Below, piece after piece: positions 11,766 to 24,417 of a stretch of 47,305 nucleotides of DNA. This stretch comes from Octopus sinensis. Its lineage: Eukaryota. Under the pieces are notes generated by a model that was given only the letters and a program-made list of their open reading frames with translations, ran no database searches and was not told the DNA's origin. The position numbers were made by a program, and so were the translations under genes. How positions within the stretch are numbered: the stretch's first letter is position 1; every line of letters starts with the position of its first letter. The stretch is from contig NW_021834817.1 of the NCBI RefSeq assembly GCF_006345805.1, positions 1-47,305 on the forward strand. Reading direction: 5' to 3'.

Positions 11766-12467
11766 CTGTGCGCGTGTGTGTGTATGTAATGTTCTGTCCA
11801 TTACGTCTATTATTTCCTACAGAAATTTGCGCATTCATTAACAGGTGTTCAGATAAACGATCTAATCTTGACGTAACACAGGTGTTATTTAGTAGGCTGG
11901 TAAATAGACATTGCCTGTGTGTTTTTTTTAAATTTCTTTTTGGAAAACGCTGCATCTGATTATCAGAGAATTGTTAAGCAATATCCTTCAACATGCGGCG
12001 ATTAGCTAGGCAGGTAAATAAAACAACACACGAGAAATCTCACGCATTAGATTTCCCGATACTTTTAAACGTTTTAATCCACACCTGTCAGGTCCCTGTA
12101 ACGTAAGCTAGTCTACAGACGTTAAATTTTGTTTTTCTTATACCGATTTATTGTAATCTCTATTTGCTCTGCTTTGTTTTCTAGTTATTGATTGTATTTT
12201 TTTGTTTGTTTGGCAATGCACAAATCTAAATTCTGGGTCAGTCAATTAAATCAACACTCCGCTATTGAGTATATTCCAAATAGCGTATTTGCTGGCTAAT
12301 AAGACACACTTTTCTACGGCATACATTGCTGAGGCAGAATTTAATTAAAATAAGCATCAATATATCGTACCTAATGTATACTCAGTATCGATAGGCCAGC
12401 TGCCTGACTATTTGTTCTGAGATAAAATAGCGTATGGATATGCTGTGTTAAAAACACAGTGTATATC

Positions 12468-12478
12468 AGAGAGAGAGA

Positions 12479-12550
<72 letters not shown>
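12468..12550. repeat. (GA)n microsatellite
   Basis: Visible directly. Confidence 0.95.
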
Positions 12551-12553
<3 letters not shown>

Positions 12554-12571
12554 GAATACTGTTTCAATTGC

Positions 12572-13007
12572 GGGATCTTTTCCGTTTGAACGGCAGTTTT
12601 TAACATAATTTCTAGGTAACTAAAAAATTTTAAACTTCGTATACTGGTAGAATGTGTTTATAAAACATCTTTTTCTCTTGGCTTTATTGAGAAAATTCTA
12701 TAGTTTGTAAGATATTTGTTGTCTTTTTCTTCAATTTCTGCAATTTTAACCAATCACTGACGTCTATTGAGGTAAAAACATTCCGTGCCGTATGAATATG
12801 TCCCTCGTTTAAGAAACAGATTGGGTTTATTTATATTTGTGAAGAAAAAAAGATACCCTTCCCTAACCCTAACCCTAACCCTAACTCTAACTAACCCTAA
12901 CCCTAAAACAGATTGAAATGCAATAGATCGATACTAGAGTTTAATTATGGGTGATAATTTCATATGACACCGCTAGAAAAAACTGCCGTTCAAACCGAAA
13001 AGTTCCC
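12572..13007. mobile_element. Non-autonomous DNA transposon (MITE) with 30-bp TIRs, 6-bp TSD and internal telomeric repeat
   Basis: TIRs gggatcttttccgtttgaacggcagttttt / aaaaactgccgttcaaaccgaaaagttccc (2 mismatches). AATTGC occurs at 12566-12571 and 13008-13013, and (CCCTAA)n at 12861-12906. Confidence 0.88.
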
Positions 13008-13574
13008 AATTGCGTTTACCAGATTTTTTGTTAAGCTGAGCAACTCTCCGCAACATCAGTTAGTGTTTTATTCACTTCTTCCTACATCAGAGACGATGAA
13101 TTCTCGTTTGAGTATGAGGCTGGCTGCGACAACACGCCATTGAAAATGCTCCCAAATGTCGAAATACGCCTGATGCCTTCGATGGCCGCTGCTACGACGG
13201 ATTTTCGTTTCTATCTGATATTTATTGTGACTTTAACACAGCTCGTCCATAAAAAAATGTTGTTTTCGGACAAATTCCGTCGTATCGACGTGTGTATATA
13301 CTAAGCATGATACATAAACAGCTCTTGCTTTTAAATGTATCTAAGAATACCCCGGCATCTAATGCGGCTGTCAGCGCGAGTACACGAGTTCAATGAACCG
13401 GAAGAGCTAAAGTCCACTTAATACAGTTATTGTTACTATTAACGAACGATTGGTTTCAAATTTTGGCACAAGGCCAGCGAGTTCGGTGGAGTGGGTAAAT
13501 TAATTACATCGACCTAGTGCTCAACTGGTACTTATTTTATAGCATCTGAAAGGATGAAAGACAAAGTCTACCAT

Positions 13575-14790
13575 CAGGAGAGACCATAGGTGAACCCGAC
13601 GGTAGTGGGTGTAGATATTTAGGGATTTTGGAGCTGGATGACATTCTACACAGGCGCATCAACAGAGAGTGAAGATGAAGTGTTGAAATCCAACCAGAAT
13701 GCCAAAAATTTGATTACCGCAATGAATATTTGGGCAATTGCGGTGGTCAGATATAGTGCATCCATCCTCAAATGGACTAAGGAGGAAATATCAACACTGG
13801 GTAGAAGGACGAAAAAGTTGATGACGTTGTATGGGGCGCTACACCCTAAAACAAACGTAAACAGGCTGTATATGAAAAGAAAGAATGGTGGCAGAGGACT
13901 AATTAGTATAGACTATTATATAAGGAGTGAAAGGAGAACACCTGCCAAGTATTTGATAAATAGTGATGAAGACCTGCTGCAAAATAGCGCGAAAGATAAA
14001 GCTGTAAATGCAATTGAAATAATGGGCAAAGAAGAGTTTAACCAAAGGACTGAGGAGAAGAGAAAAGATGACTTTCTTGAAATGACAATGCATGGACAGT
14101 TTGAAAAGAATACACAGGACGTTAAGGATAATACAGCGTTGTGGGCATGGCTTAAGCGAGGTGATTTGAAGTGTACCACCGAAAGTCTGATCATTGCTGC
14201 ACAAGACCAGGCTCTCGCTACCAATTCAGTGAAGTATAGCATCTATAAAACTTGTGACACCCAGAAATACAGACCCTGTGGAAAGAGTGTGGAAATGTGA
14301 ACAGAGAACTGGTATAAGCATGTACCAAGTAAAGTTATGCAGGAGGATGGAAAAGTAGCGATACTCTGGGACTATGATTTTCAGACGGATCGTGTAATCG
14401 AACACCGTCGGCCGGATATTGTCATATTGAATAAGAGAGACAAATACTGTCAGATTATTGATGTAGCCATACCAAATGACATGAGTAAAGAGGATGAAAA
14501 AAATCATCAAGTACTCCGAATTGAAAGTGGAAATGGCAAGACTCTATGGAATACGTGAAGGTAATGTAGAAATGATACCAGTGGTGATCGGAGCGCTGGG
14601 CTCAATTCCATTGAAACTTCAAGACTTCTTAAGGCAACTGGAAATCCCATGCAAGATTGATGTCTTGCAAAAAGCAGCCTTATTGGGCACAGTGCAAATC
14701 TTAAGGAAAGTATTATCTGTCTGAGGTCCTTGTTCTGACTTGACAGATGACTAAAGACTCCAGTGCGTTTTTACCTGCACAGTGTTACGA
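13575..14790 (+). mobile_element. R4/Dong-clade LINE 3' fragment with internal deletions
   Basis: Reads LHPKTNVNRLYMKRKNGGRGL, MHGQF, ESLIIAAQDQAL, ILWDYDFQTDRVIEHRRPDIV and LQKAALLGT. Confidence 0.88.
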
Positions 14791-14799
14791 AGTAATTAT

Positions 14800-15440
14800 A
14801 ATCCTTTTTATTGAAGGCTTGAAAATTTGCTGGTGGAGGCACTAGTCGATTACATCGACCCCAGTACTCTCCTGGTACTTAATTTATCGACGCCGAAAGG
14901 ATGAAAGGTAAAATCGACCTTGGCAGAATTTGAACTCAGAAAGCAAAGACGATGAAATGCCACTAAGCATTTTGCCCGGCGCGCTAACGATTCTGCCATC
15001 TCACCGCCTTAAGAATAATAAAGTATTTATTTCTTTATTGTACACAAGGAGCTAAATATAGAGAAGACAAACAAGGACAGACAAACGGAGTAAGTCGATT
15101 ACATCGACCCCAGTGCGTAACTGGTACTTAAGTTATCGACCCCGAAAGGATGAAAGGCAAAGTCGACCTCGGCGAAATTTGAACTCAGAACGTAACAGCA
15201 GAAGAAATACCTATTTCTTTACTACCCACAAGGGGCTAAACACAGAGAGGACAAACAAGGACAGACAAACGGATTAAGTCGATTATATCGACCCAGTGCG
15301 TAACTGGTACTTAATTTATCGAACCCGAAAGGATGAAAGGCAAAGTCGACCTCGGCGGATTTTGAACTCAGAAGGTAGCGGCAGGTGAAATACCGGTAAG
15401 CATTTCGCCCAGCGTGCTAACGTTTCTGTCAGCTCGCCGC
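14800..15440 (-). mobile_element. Tandem SINE family B copies
   Basis: Three copies of the atcgaccccagt..gaaaggatgaaagg..gaactcagaa block. Confidence 0.85.
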
Positions 15441-15589
15441 TTATAATAAAATATTGAAAATAAATTACATTATCACAAGCTGTTAGAAGAAAATTACGAA
15501 AAACTGCTTATAATACTTCGGCATTTATGAAGGGATTTCACATTACCTCATTATACCTTGTTCCCTGGCATGCACAATTCGTGCTTTAT

Positions 15590-15804
15590 TCTTTTATTCT
15601 TTTACTCGTGTCAGTCATTTGACTGCGGCCATGCTGGAGCACCACCTTCAGTCGAAGAAATCGTCCCCAGCACTTTATTCTTTGAAAGCCTAGTACTTAT
15701 TCTATCGGGGTCTTTTGCCGAACCGCTATGTCACGGGAACGTAAACACACCAACCTCGGTTGTCGAGCGATGGTGGTGGTGGTGGTGGGGACAAACACAC
15801 ACAC

Positions 15805-15835
<31 letters not shown>

Positions 15836-15837
15836 TG

Positions 15838-15880
<43 letters not shown>

Positions 15881-16155
15881 GTTGTAGGTGCTCCAGCATG
15901 GCCGCAGTCAAATGACTGAATCAAGTAAAAGAGAAAGAGAGTCTTGGTTTTTTTAATCTCATTACGAAAAAAAAATATGTATACATATATATATATATAT
16001 ATATTTATACGACAGGTTTCTTTTAGTTTCCGTCTACCAAATCCACGCACAAAGCTTTGGTCGACTCGAAGCTATAGTAGAAGACACTTTCTCAAAATGC
16101 CACGCAGTGGAACTGAACCCGGAAGCATGTGATTGAGAAGCAAACGTCTTACCAC
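15590..16155 (-). mobile_element. SINE family A, with an inverted 3' fragment inside its microsatellite
   Basis: Matches family A. Positions 15887-15940 are an opposite-orientation copy of its 3' end. Confidence 0.75.
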
Positions 16156-17000
16156 GTATCTACATTATTTAATGATCTGTTTCCTTTCAGACGCGTTTCT
16201 TTATTATCCCTACCAAAAATTCTTCTAGAAAGATAAACAGAATGTTAAATTTTCATCTGCCTATCAGCTATTTGCAGCTAATGGCTGACAATTAAACCAT
16301 AGCAGTGGTGTACGAAGAGAATGCACGTCTCACTTCCGTCATTTGTTACTACGTGACAATCGTGGCTTTCTAGAATTTTCACCTGAGTTGTTTGACGCTT
16401 CGTTTTTATTTGTGGGAAAGACGTGAACCACTGATTCGGCTGTCCATCTTTCATCGACTCCTGTTTTGTGTCAGATTTTGATATATCTTAGCTGATGATA
16501 CTTAGGCAAGCACTAAGGCTGTAGTATCTGCAGATATTCCAGACGGTGAACAGATGTGAGCGCCTTTTATAAGGCATATCTTTCCACAGATTGTCTTTGA
16601 GACAGAGCTACAGTTCAGTGTCAAAAGATGATTAAGACTGGGTCATTAAAATGTAGGACGTTGTTATTTCCCAGTTATCTACCAGTCAGGAAATACTGTC
16701 TGTGGTTACGTCAACCTTTGCATTTTACGGAGAATTAGAAGTAATTAGAATCAACTTCAAGGGCAAATTTAGTCTAGGACCTATATAAAAAAAAAAACTT
16801 TCATAATTCCTTGTACTTCACACTTGATAGTCGGTGTTGGTTTGATTAGCTCCCTTTAACTTGATTGCGTCCCCTTAACGGTTCAGCAAAAGTGACCACT
16901 AGAATAAGGACCAAGCTTAAAAAATAAGTACTGAGTTCAATTTACATTATTTACATTATTTAAATTTGACGGATATTTGTCCTCATCTTGTTTGTTGTTA

Positions 17001-17044
17001 ACATAACATTTCGGCTGATATACCCTCCAGCCTTCATCGGGTAT
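17001..17044 (-). ncRNA. Degenerate type I hammerhead
   Basis: Minus strand: atac CCGATGA a ggctg..cagcc GAAAT GTT atgt. Confidence 0.55.
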
Positions 17045-17277
17045 CTTGGGGGAAATTTCGATCCTGCGTTCTCACTAGCTTTTGATGGAGTATCTCTATA
17101 TGTCTCCATTGAAGTCTAATGTCGGCTACGTACCGATTAGATAATACAATTCTATAATTTAAGAGATGAGGAATTATGTACATTATTTACATTATTTACA
17201 TTTGACGGATATTTGTCTTCATCTTGTTTGTTCTTAACACAATGTTTCCCCAACACACCTGATGAAATTTTCCCAAG

Positions 17278-17321
17278 ACACCTGATGAAGGCTGGAGGGT
17301 GTATCAGCCGAAACGTTGTGT
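17278..17321 (+). ncRNA. Intact minimal type I hammerhead ribozyme
   Basis: acac CTGATGA a ggctg gagggtgtat cagcc GAAAC GTT gtgt. Stems I and II pair perfectly and stem III is palindromic. Confidence 0.85.
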
Positions 17322-17731
17322 TAACAACAACCAAGATGAAGACGAATATCCGTCAAAATATAAATATTCTGGAGTGTTTAGTATTTTTCAATAAATATAT
17401 TTTCTTTATTTAATCGTTCTTGTGCAGAAATTGCTTCCTTCCACTAGTAGTGAAGTTTGGTTGGAGATTACCTGCACATCTTTCTAAGTGTTCATTCAAA
17501 CCTAGCGGTTTGGCAAAAGAGACCGTTAGAATAAATACCAATCTTCAGAAAAATAATAGGGTCGATTCATTTGACTAAAAAATTTTTCAAGGCGATGGTT
17601 CGCTATGGCCGCAGTCTAATGACTGAAAGTAGTAAAAGAAAAAAGAATGAAAAAAAAAAATGTTATGGAAATATATTAGATACACGATTAGGCGGCAAAC
17701 TGGCAGAATCAGGAGCACACTGGGCAAAATG

Positions 17732-17942
17732 CTTACTCTTTTACTCTTTTACATGTTTCAGTCATTTGACTGCGGCCATGCTGGAGCACCGCCTTTAGTC
17801 AACCAAATCGACCCCAGGACTTATTCTTTGTAAGCCTAGTACGTATTCTATCGGGCTCTTTTTGCCGAACCGCTAAGTTACGGGGACGTAAACACACCAG
17901 CATCGGTTGTCAAGTGATGTTGGGGGGGGGGGACAAACACAG

Positions 17943-17991
<49 letters not shown>

Positions 17992-18150
17992 CACACACAA
18001 TGTATATAGATGACGGGCTTCTTTCAGTTTCCGTCTACCAAATCCACTCACAAGGCTTTGGTCGGCCCGAGACACTTGCCCAAGATGCCACGCAGTGGGA
18101 CGGAACCCCGAACCATGTGGTTGGTAAGCAAGCTACGTACCACACTGCCA
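17732..18150 (-). mobile_element. SINE family A
   Basis: Matches family A. Confidence 0.8.
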
Positions 18151-18716
18151 CTCATTCGCCGCATTTCGTTCGTCTTTACATCTTGAGTTCAAAGTCCATC
18201 CAGGTTGACTTTGCCTTTAAATTTTTCGGGGTCGTTAAAATAAGTACCAGTTGAGCAATTGGGTCGATGTAATCGACTTACCCCTTCTCCCGAGCTAGCT
18301 GGTCTTGTGCCAAAATTTGAAACCAATATTAGATACATGATTAGGACATAATCCCCCAGGTATTTACAGAATACATCTCTTTCTCTATATAACCAGCTGA
18401 ACATCGGAATAAACAATATATTGCATTTAAATCTGGAGATTAAGCAGATTAAATTAACCAGCAAACAATTGATTACGTTTAATATTTAGTCAACAAACGG
18501 ATGTTATGTTAATATGTTTATTGATGTTACTGTTATGAGTTATTGTTGTATTTGTTGTTGTTAATAATGTGGTTGTTCTGGTGTACTTGCCCCCACATTT
18601 TCGTACCACGTGGTCAACGAAAATTTCTCATTAAAATTATCCAATGAAACGCGTGTACAAAATATGGCAGTCCATGTACATATGGGTGAGTGCGAGTGTT
18701 TGCGTGTGTATGTATG

Positions 18717-18815
<99 letters not shown>

Positions 18816-18816
18816 C

Positions 18817-18861
<45 letters not shown>

Positions 18862-19037
18862 CATATGTATATATACATATGTATGTATATGTGTGTGCAT
18901 ATGTGTGTGTATACAAACATATATTTACATATGTATTAACCGATCTATCTCTCATATATATATATGGCTTCGTCGTATCTTTTGTATTGCATGTATAGTT
19001 TTGGTGATTAGCTGAACATCATTGTCTCAGCCTAATC

Positions 19038-19068
19038 ATGAAAACTTTATGTTTTCTAACCCTAACTG
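19038..19068 (+). CDS. Secreted EGF-EGF-vWA protein, coding exon 1 (signal peptide start, MKTLCFLTLT)
   Basis: ATG in aatcATGa context, hydrophobic codons and a phase-1 donor G|gtaagt. It splices in frame to 24379. Confidence 0.72.
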
Positions 19069-19453
19069 GTAAGTCTCATATAAATTCTTTCTTAAAAAGG
19101 GGAGAAAAAAATTACCCTCTAAACCCTTGGGTTCTGTTTGCATTACATTACAGCTTCCTCCACGTCGCCTTCTACTCCTTTTTTTCTTTTTACTCCTAAC
19201 TTTTAACTTGCAGTTAGACTATGTATTTTTTATTCGAGGTGTTGAATTCGAAAGATTCACACATAGGCGTAGAAGTGGCTGTGTGGTAAGTAGCTTGCTT
19301 ACGAACCACATGGCCCCGGGTTCAGTCCCACTGTGTGGCACCTTGGGCAAGTATCTTCTACTATAGCCTGTTGGCCAGCAACACTTGCCGCAGTAGCCAC
19401 TTCACGTCGGAAAACTAATAATTGTTTATTATTAACAACAAATTAACCATTAT

Positions 19454-19526
19454 CCTTTACAGCTGTTTCAATAAATATTTATTAAATATGAAATTTATAT
19501 GACCTGAGCATAATATCTTCAGAGGG
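19454..19526 (-). ncRNA. Type I hammerhead-like motif with a long AT-rich stem II region
   Basis: Minus strand: ccct CTGAAGA ..about 47 nt.. GAAAC agct GTA aagg. Confidence 0.5.
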
Positions 19527-19569
19527 AAAAAATATACCTTTAGATGTTTTATATGTGTTTATATTTCGC

Positions 19570-19995
19570 TAAGTTCTGAGTTCAAATTCTGCCGAGGTCG
19601 ACTTTAAATTTCATCTTTTGGGAGTCGATTAAATAAGTACCAGTTACGCGCCGGGGTCAATGTAATCGACTTAATCCCCACCCCCAAGCTTCCCTTATGG
19701 TAAAAAATTGAAATCTTCCTGCTCCTGCTCTTCCTCTGCTCCTCTTCCTCCTCCTCCTCATTATTATTATTATTATTATTATCATTATGTAAGGCAGCGA
19801 GTTGGCAAAATCGTTAGCAGAATGCTTAGCGGTATTTCGCCCGTCGCTACGTTCTGAGTTCAAATTCCGCCGAGGTCGACTTTGCCTTTCATCCTTTCGG
19901 TGTCGATAAATTAAGTACCAGTTGAATACTTGGGTCGATGTAATCGACTATTCCCTTCTCCAAAATTTCAGGCCTTGTGCCTATAATAGAAAAGG
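19570..19995 (+). mobile_element. Two SINE family B copies
   Basis: gagttcaaattc.gccgaggtcgacttt blocks. Confidence 0.8.
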
Positions 19996-20010
19996 TTATT
20001 ATTATTATTA

Positions 20011-20062
<52 letters not shown>

Positions 20063-20113
20063 CATCATTATCTTTTATTATTATTATTATTATTATTATA
20101 TTATTATTATTAC

Positions 20114-23100
20114 TTTTTTTTTCTTCTTTCAAATTTCTTCCATTTCTTGCCGAGTGTCTTCCCGACTCCTAGGGCAAAGAAACTCATAGTGTATATTGGT
20201 AGGCCATTAAACCAAACTCAGTAGTTCGTTCATTTTTTTTTTTTTTTTTAAGTTAAATTAAAATACATGAGCAGCAACAGTTCTCACATCGACAATGCTC
20301 TTCTCAATACGTGTGATGTACCAGTTAAGACAATCTTTTGCACTTCTTGCAGGGATGGTAAGCCAGGGATCATTCTCATATAATTTTCGGTTCCCTTCTT
20401 GATCATTCCTAGTGCTCCTACGATCACTGGTATTGTAACCGCCTTGAGATGCCACATTTTCTCAATTTCAATGAGTAGGTCTTTATATTTTCTGAGCTTG
20501 TCAAACTCTTTCGCTGAGATATTATGATCACAGGGGATGCTCATGTCGATCAATAAGCAAACTTTATTGTTTTGGTCTTTCACAACAATATCTGGTTTAT
20601 TGGCCTTGATGGTTCGGTCTGTATGTACTGGAAAGTCCCACAGAATGGTTACATTTTCTCCTTCAGTTACAGCCTCAGGGTGGTGATTATACCACTTGTC
20701 GGCAGTTTTGATATTGTAATGCCGACTTATTAGCCAGTGGAGATATTGGCCAACTCTGTCATGTCTTAATTTATACTCCACTGGTGCTAAGACTTTACAT
20801 CCAGAGATTAGGTGGTCCACTGTTTCAATCATGTCGTTGCAGAATCGGCATTTTGGGTCTGCTCCATTTTTCATCACATTGGCCTGGTAGTTCCGGGTTG
20901 ATAGGCTTTGGTCTTGAGCAGCCAGGATGAAACCTTCGCTCTCTGCTTTTAGCCCTGAGCTCCGCAGCCACTGATGGGTTGCTTCTGGTCAACATCAGCT
21001 TGTTTGCTGCGGGTCACATATTTGCCGTGCAGAGGTTTCTCCTCCCACCTATCAGCCAATTGCTCGTGCGCTTTTTTCATTGCCATCATTTTCACCTTCT
21101 TGCAACAATAGTTGCCGTACTTCCCTCGGGTGTTCAGTTTGGGTATCCTGCACGAGATCAATAGCAAATTTTTTGCTTTCCTTGATGATAGGATGAAGCT
21201 TCTTTCGTCTCTCGTGATTTTCCACGAGCTTTAGCATCCAGTCATTCGATATTTCGAGATATTTGGCCAGTCCAATTGTGGTTGTTTTGTAAGCTAGTTC
21301 AAATTGGATCAGGCCTCGACCTCCTTGGGCTCTGGGAAGGTAAAGGCGATCTACGTCTGCCTTGGGTGGTGCATCCTATTACAACTCAGCAGCTTGCGTA
21401 TTTTTCTATCTATATTCTTTACTTCACTCATATTCCAGTTCAACACATTGTAGCTATAAGTAACAACTGGAACTGCTAGGGGATTTATAGCTAACACCTT
21501 GTTACGTGCATTTAGTTCAGATTTCAGGACTGCACGAACTCTCCTATAACATTCCTTCCTGATTTTTCTTTCATGCTTGCATGCTGAATACCAGAGCCTT
21601 CATTTATCCCTAAATATTTGTATGTTTGTTCTTGCTCAAGCTCTCTTATGACTGTGTCAACATTTAACACGACTGAATTTGTGGTCTTCACTTTCCCTTT
21701 CTGGAAAGTGGCCTTGGCACACTTCTCAAGTCCAAACTCCATCCCGATGTCATCGCTGAATGATTTCACGGTGCGCAATAGACCTTCAAGTTCATTATTG
21801 TCTTTACCATAAAGTTTTAAGTCATCCATATAAAATAGATGGCTTATTTTTTTATTGGCAATTTTATACCCATACCCTGTTCTGTTTAATTCACTTGTAA
21901 GGGGTATTAGGGCTATGCAGAATATTAAAGGTGAAAGTGAGTCACCTTGAAAAATTCCACAGTTGATGTTTATATTTTCTGAGGCAAGTACTCCATTAGA
22001 GTGGTATAATTGGAGATTCGTATTCCACAACGACATATTGTGCTTCAGGAAGTTTGAAATCACAGGGGAAATTTTGAAGATGTCCAGCGATCTCAAGATC
22101 CATGGATGCGGTATACTGTCGAAGGCCTTTTTATAGTCAATCCATGCGGTGCTGAGATTTCTGCGCTTGTTGTGACAGTTCTCAAGGATCGTACGATTGA
22201 TTAGCAGTTGATCTTTGCATCCGTAAGAGCCTCGGCGGCACCCTTTTTGTTCAATGGGGAAAATATCGTTCTTCTCCATGAATGCATATGTTTTCTTCGC
22301 CAGGATAGATGTTAGGATTTTATACGTGGTGGATAGACAGGTTATAGGCCGATAGTTTTTTGGAAGGTTGGTTTCGTTATTCTTTGGGAGTAGGTAAGTA
22401 ATGCCACTTGCTAACCATTCAGGTGTTTTCTTTGGGTCTCTCATAATTCCATTGAGCAGCTGAACTAGCTTACCGTGTGCGCATGGGAGCGATGCGAGCC
22501 AGAAATTCGGCACCCTATCTTTACCGGGGGATTTCCAATTATGGGCCTTCGTGAGTGCCTTTCTTAGGTCTGCTATTGTGATGTCTTCCATGCTTGTTGT
22601 TGTAAATTTTGGTAGGATCCTTCAGTTTGTATAATCCAGTCTGCATTTATGTTGTACGTCTTCTTGTCACTCCAAATCCTTTTCCAAAAGTTTTGAACTT
22701 CTTCCATGGGAGGGGGGTCTTTAACGGTTACTTTCTCCTTCCCTATTTCTCTGTAGAATTTTTTGGCATTGGATGTGAACAGCTTATTTTGCTTGTAAAA
22801 CTTGTTTCTCTTCTCAAATCTTCGTATTCTTTGGGCTTTTGCTTGGACTTTTTGTTTCAGCGTTTCTTTTATTGATATCAGTTCTTCTCTTGGTGAGGAT
22901 CCAAATTTTCTCTTCATCTTTCTTCCTGTTCTGGATCTTACATCATTTCCACATATTAGTTCATTTAATATTGATATTTCCCCTCTCATAAATTCAATCT
23001 CTTTTTCAATTTTACTTCTCCAGGTTTGATTTCTTCCCAGGTTTTGTTTTCTTTGTTTTTTCGGGGGCATACAGCTGGTTTCAATTGCCCTAGCAGAAGC

Positions 23101-23958
23101 GTAAATAATTTCATTTAACTCAGTAAAATCAGGTTTTAATTCTCGTATTATTTCATTTGTTACATAGTTGCCAATTTGGATTTGTTTTTTATTTTGGTTT
23201 GTATTTGAGAGTTTATGAAGCGGTTCTCTATCATTCATACTTGTATGTCTTACAACTTCAAGCGTATTCAGGATTTTCTGCCTCATTTCTGCTATAGACT
23301 CTCTGTGTTCTTCATCAAATGCGAGATCTTCAGTTACTGTTGTTTTCGTTTTCCTGGCTATCTTTAACAGGTACAATAGAATTTCTTGTATCTTCAGGCC
23401 TTTGCGTACTTTGGTCAGATGGCAGTCTTTCAATTAAGCCTCGTGGCGGGCTATACTGTTCATCTGATTCTTCATTTCCTTTGTGTCTTATATTTATGTC
23501 ATTTTCCGTTGCGTGCTTGATCGCGCTTATTTCACTGTCTGTGAGTCTGTTATTTCTAAAGATATCCCTCCTCACATTTGCTAATTTGTTCTCGTCCAAA
23601 TAGGGCCTACTGTCTTGATTCCGTGTTCTCCATATACTGTAAGAGTTTGCGGTGTGTCTCTCTTGAGATGGCCTACCTAATGCATAGTAATAAGCGTATA
23701 TTACTTCTTTATACTCTTCTCGGGTCCATTTGTTCCGCTTACATTTTTCTTTCTGTGGTGGTTGTGGTGGTGAACTTGGAGGGCTCGAGTTGGGGGATTT
23801 CCCGTTCAAGTGACCATCCATGTCCGTATTCGGAGAAGAGTTTGTGCCAGTTGATGACTTTTCGATCCCAGGCTGGCTCTTCCCTGGGGGACGCGCTTCC
23901 AGATTAACCATAGGACAAGCGATTTGGTATACTGATTTAGTTTTCCTTTTAGTTTCCA

Positions 23959-23960
<2 letters not shown>
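20114..23960 (-). mobile_element. Near full-length R4/Dong-clade non-LTR retrotransposon (RT, CCHC knuckle, restriction-like endonuclease) in (TAA)n
   Basis: RT motifs NYRPITCL, WIDYKKAFD, GIFQGDSLSP and YMDD; a CRFC..H..C knuckle; KPDIVV..IDMS..KY endonuclease. Both flanks are (TAA)n, the known Dong target. The ORF is broken by single-base frameshifts. Confidence 0.93.
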
Positions 23961-24023
<63 letters not shown>

Positions 24024-24091
24024 CATCATCATTATTATTATTATTATCATCATCACCACCATCATCATCATCATCATTATTATTATTATTA

Positions 24092-24130
<39 letters not shown>

Positions 24131-24378
24131 GTAAGCTGGCAGAATCGTTAGCACGCCGGGCAAAATGCTTAGCGGTATTTCGTCAGTCTTTACGTTATGA
24201 GTTCTAATAGAAAGGATTATTATTATTATTATTATTATTTTTATTGTTATTATTATTTCTATTATCATTATTATTATTATTGTTGCTGTTGTTGATATCA
24301 TCATCATCATCATTATTATTATTAATATTAATTAATTACTCAATTAATTTTCTCCTTTTCTTTCGTATCAAATTTCAG

Positions 24379-24417
24379 TGATTGCCGTGGTACTCACGCG
24401 CACAAGCGGAACTAAAC
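24379..24417 (+). CDS. EGF-EGF-vWA gene, 39-bp micro-exon 2 (signal peptide end, (V)IAVVLTRTSGTK)
   Basis: Pyrimidine tract plus tttcag acceptor, C|gtaagt donor, phase 1-1. Confidence 0.75.

Larger units (their letters stand above)
16943..17365. mobile_element. PLE pLTR cluster in direct and inverted arrangement
   Basis: tttgacggatatttgtc.tcatcttgtttgtt occurs at 16964 and 17201, and its reverse complement at about 17322-17357. Confidence 0.7.

Noticed and set aside
12861-12906. Chromosome end or fusion scar
   Set aside because: The short array lies inside a TIR- and TSD-bounded element.
13060-13310. Possible exon (plus DDEFSFEYEAGC..; minus KRKSVVAAAIEGIRRISTF..*)
   Set aside because: No recognisable domain and no convincing acceptor/donor pair. 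It remains unexplained unique sequence.
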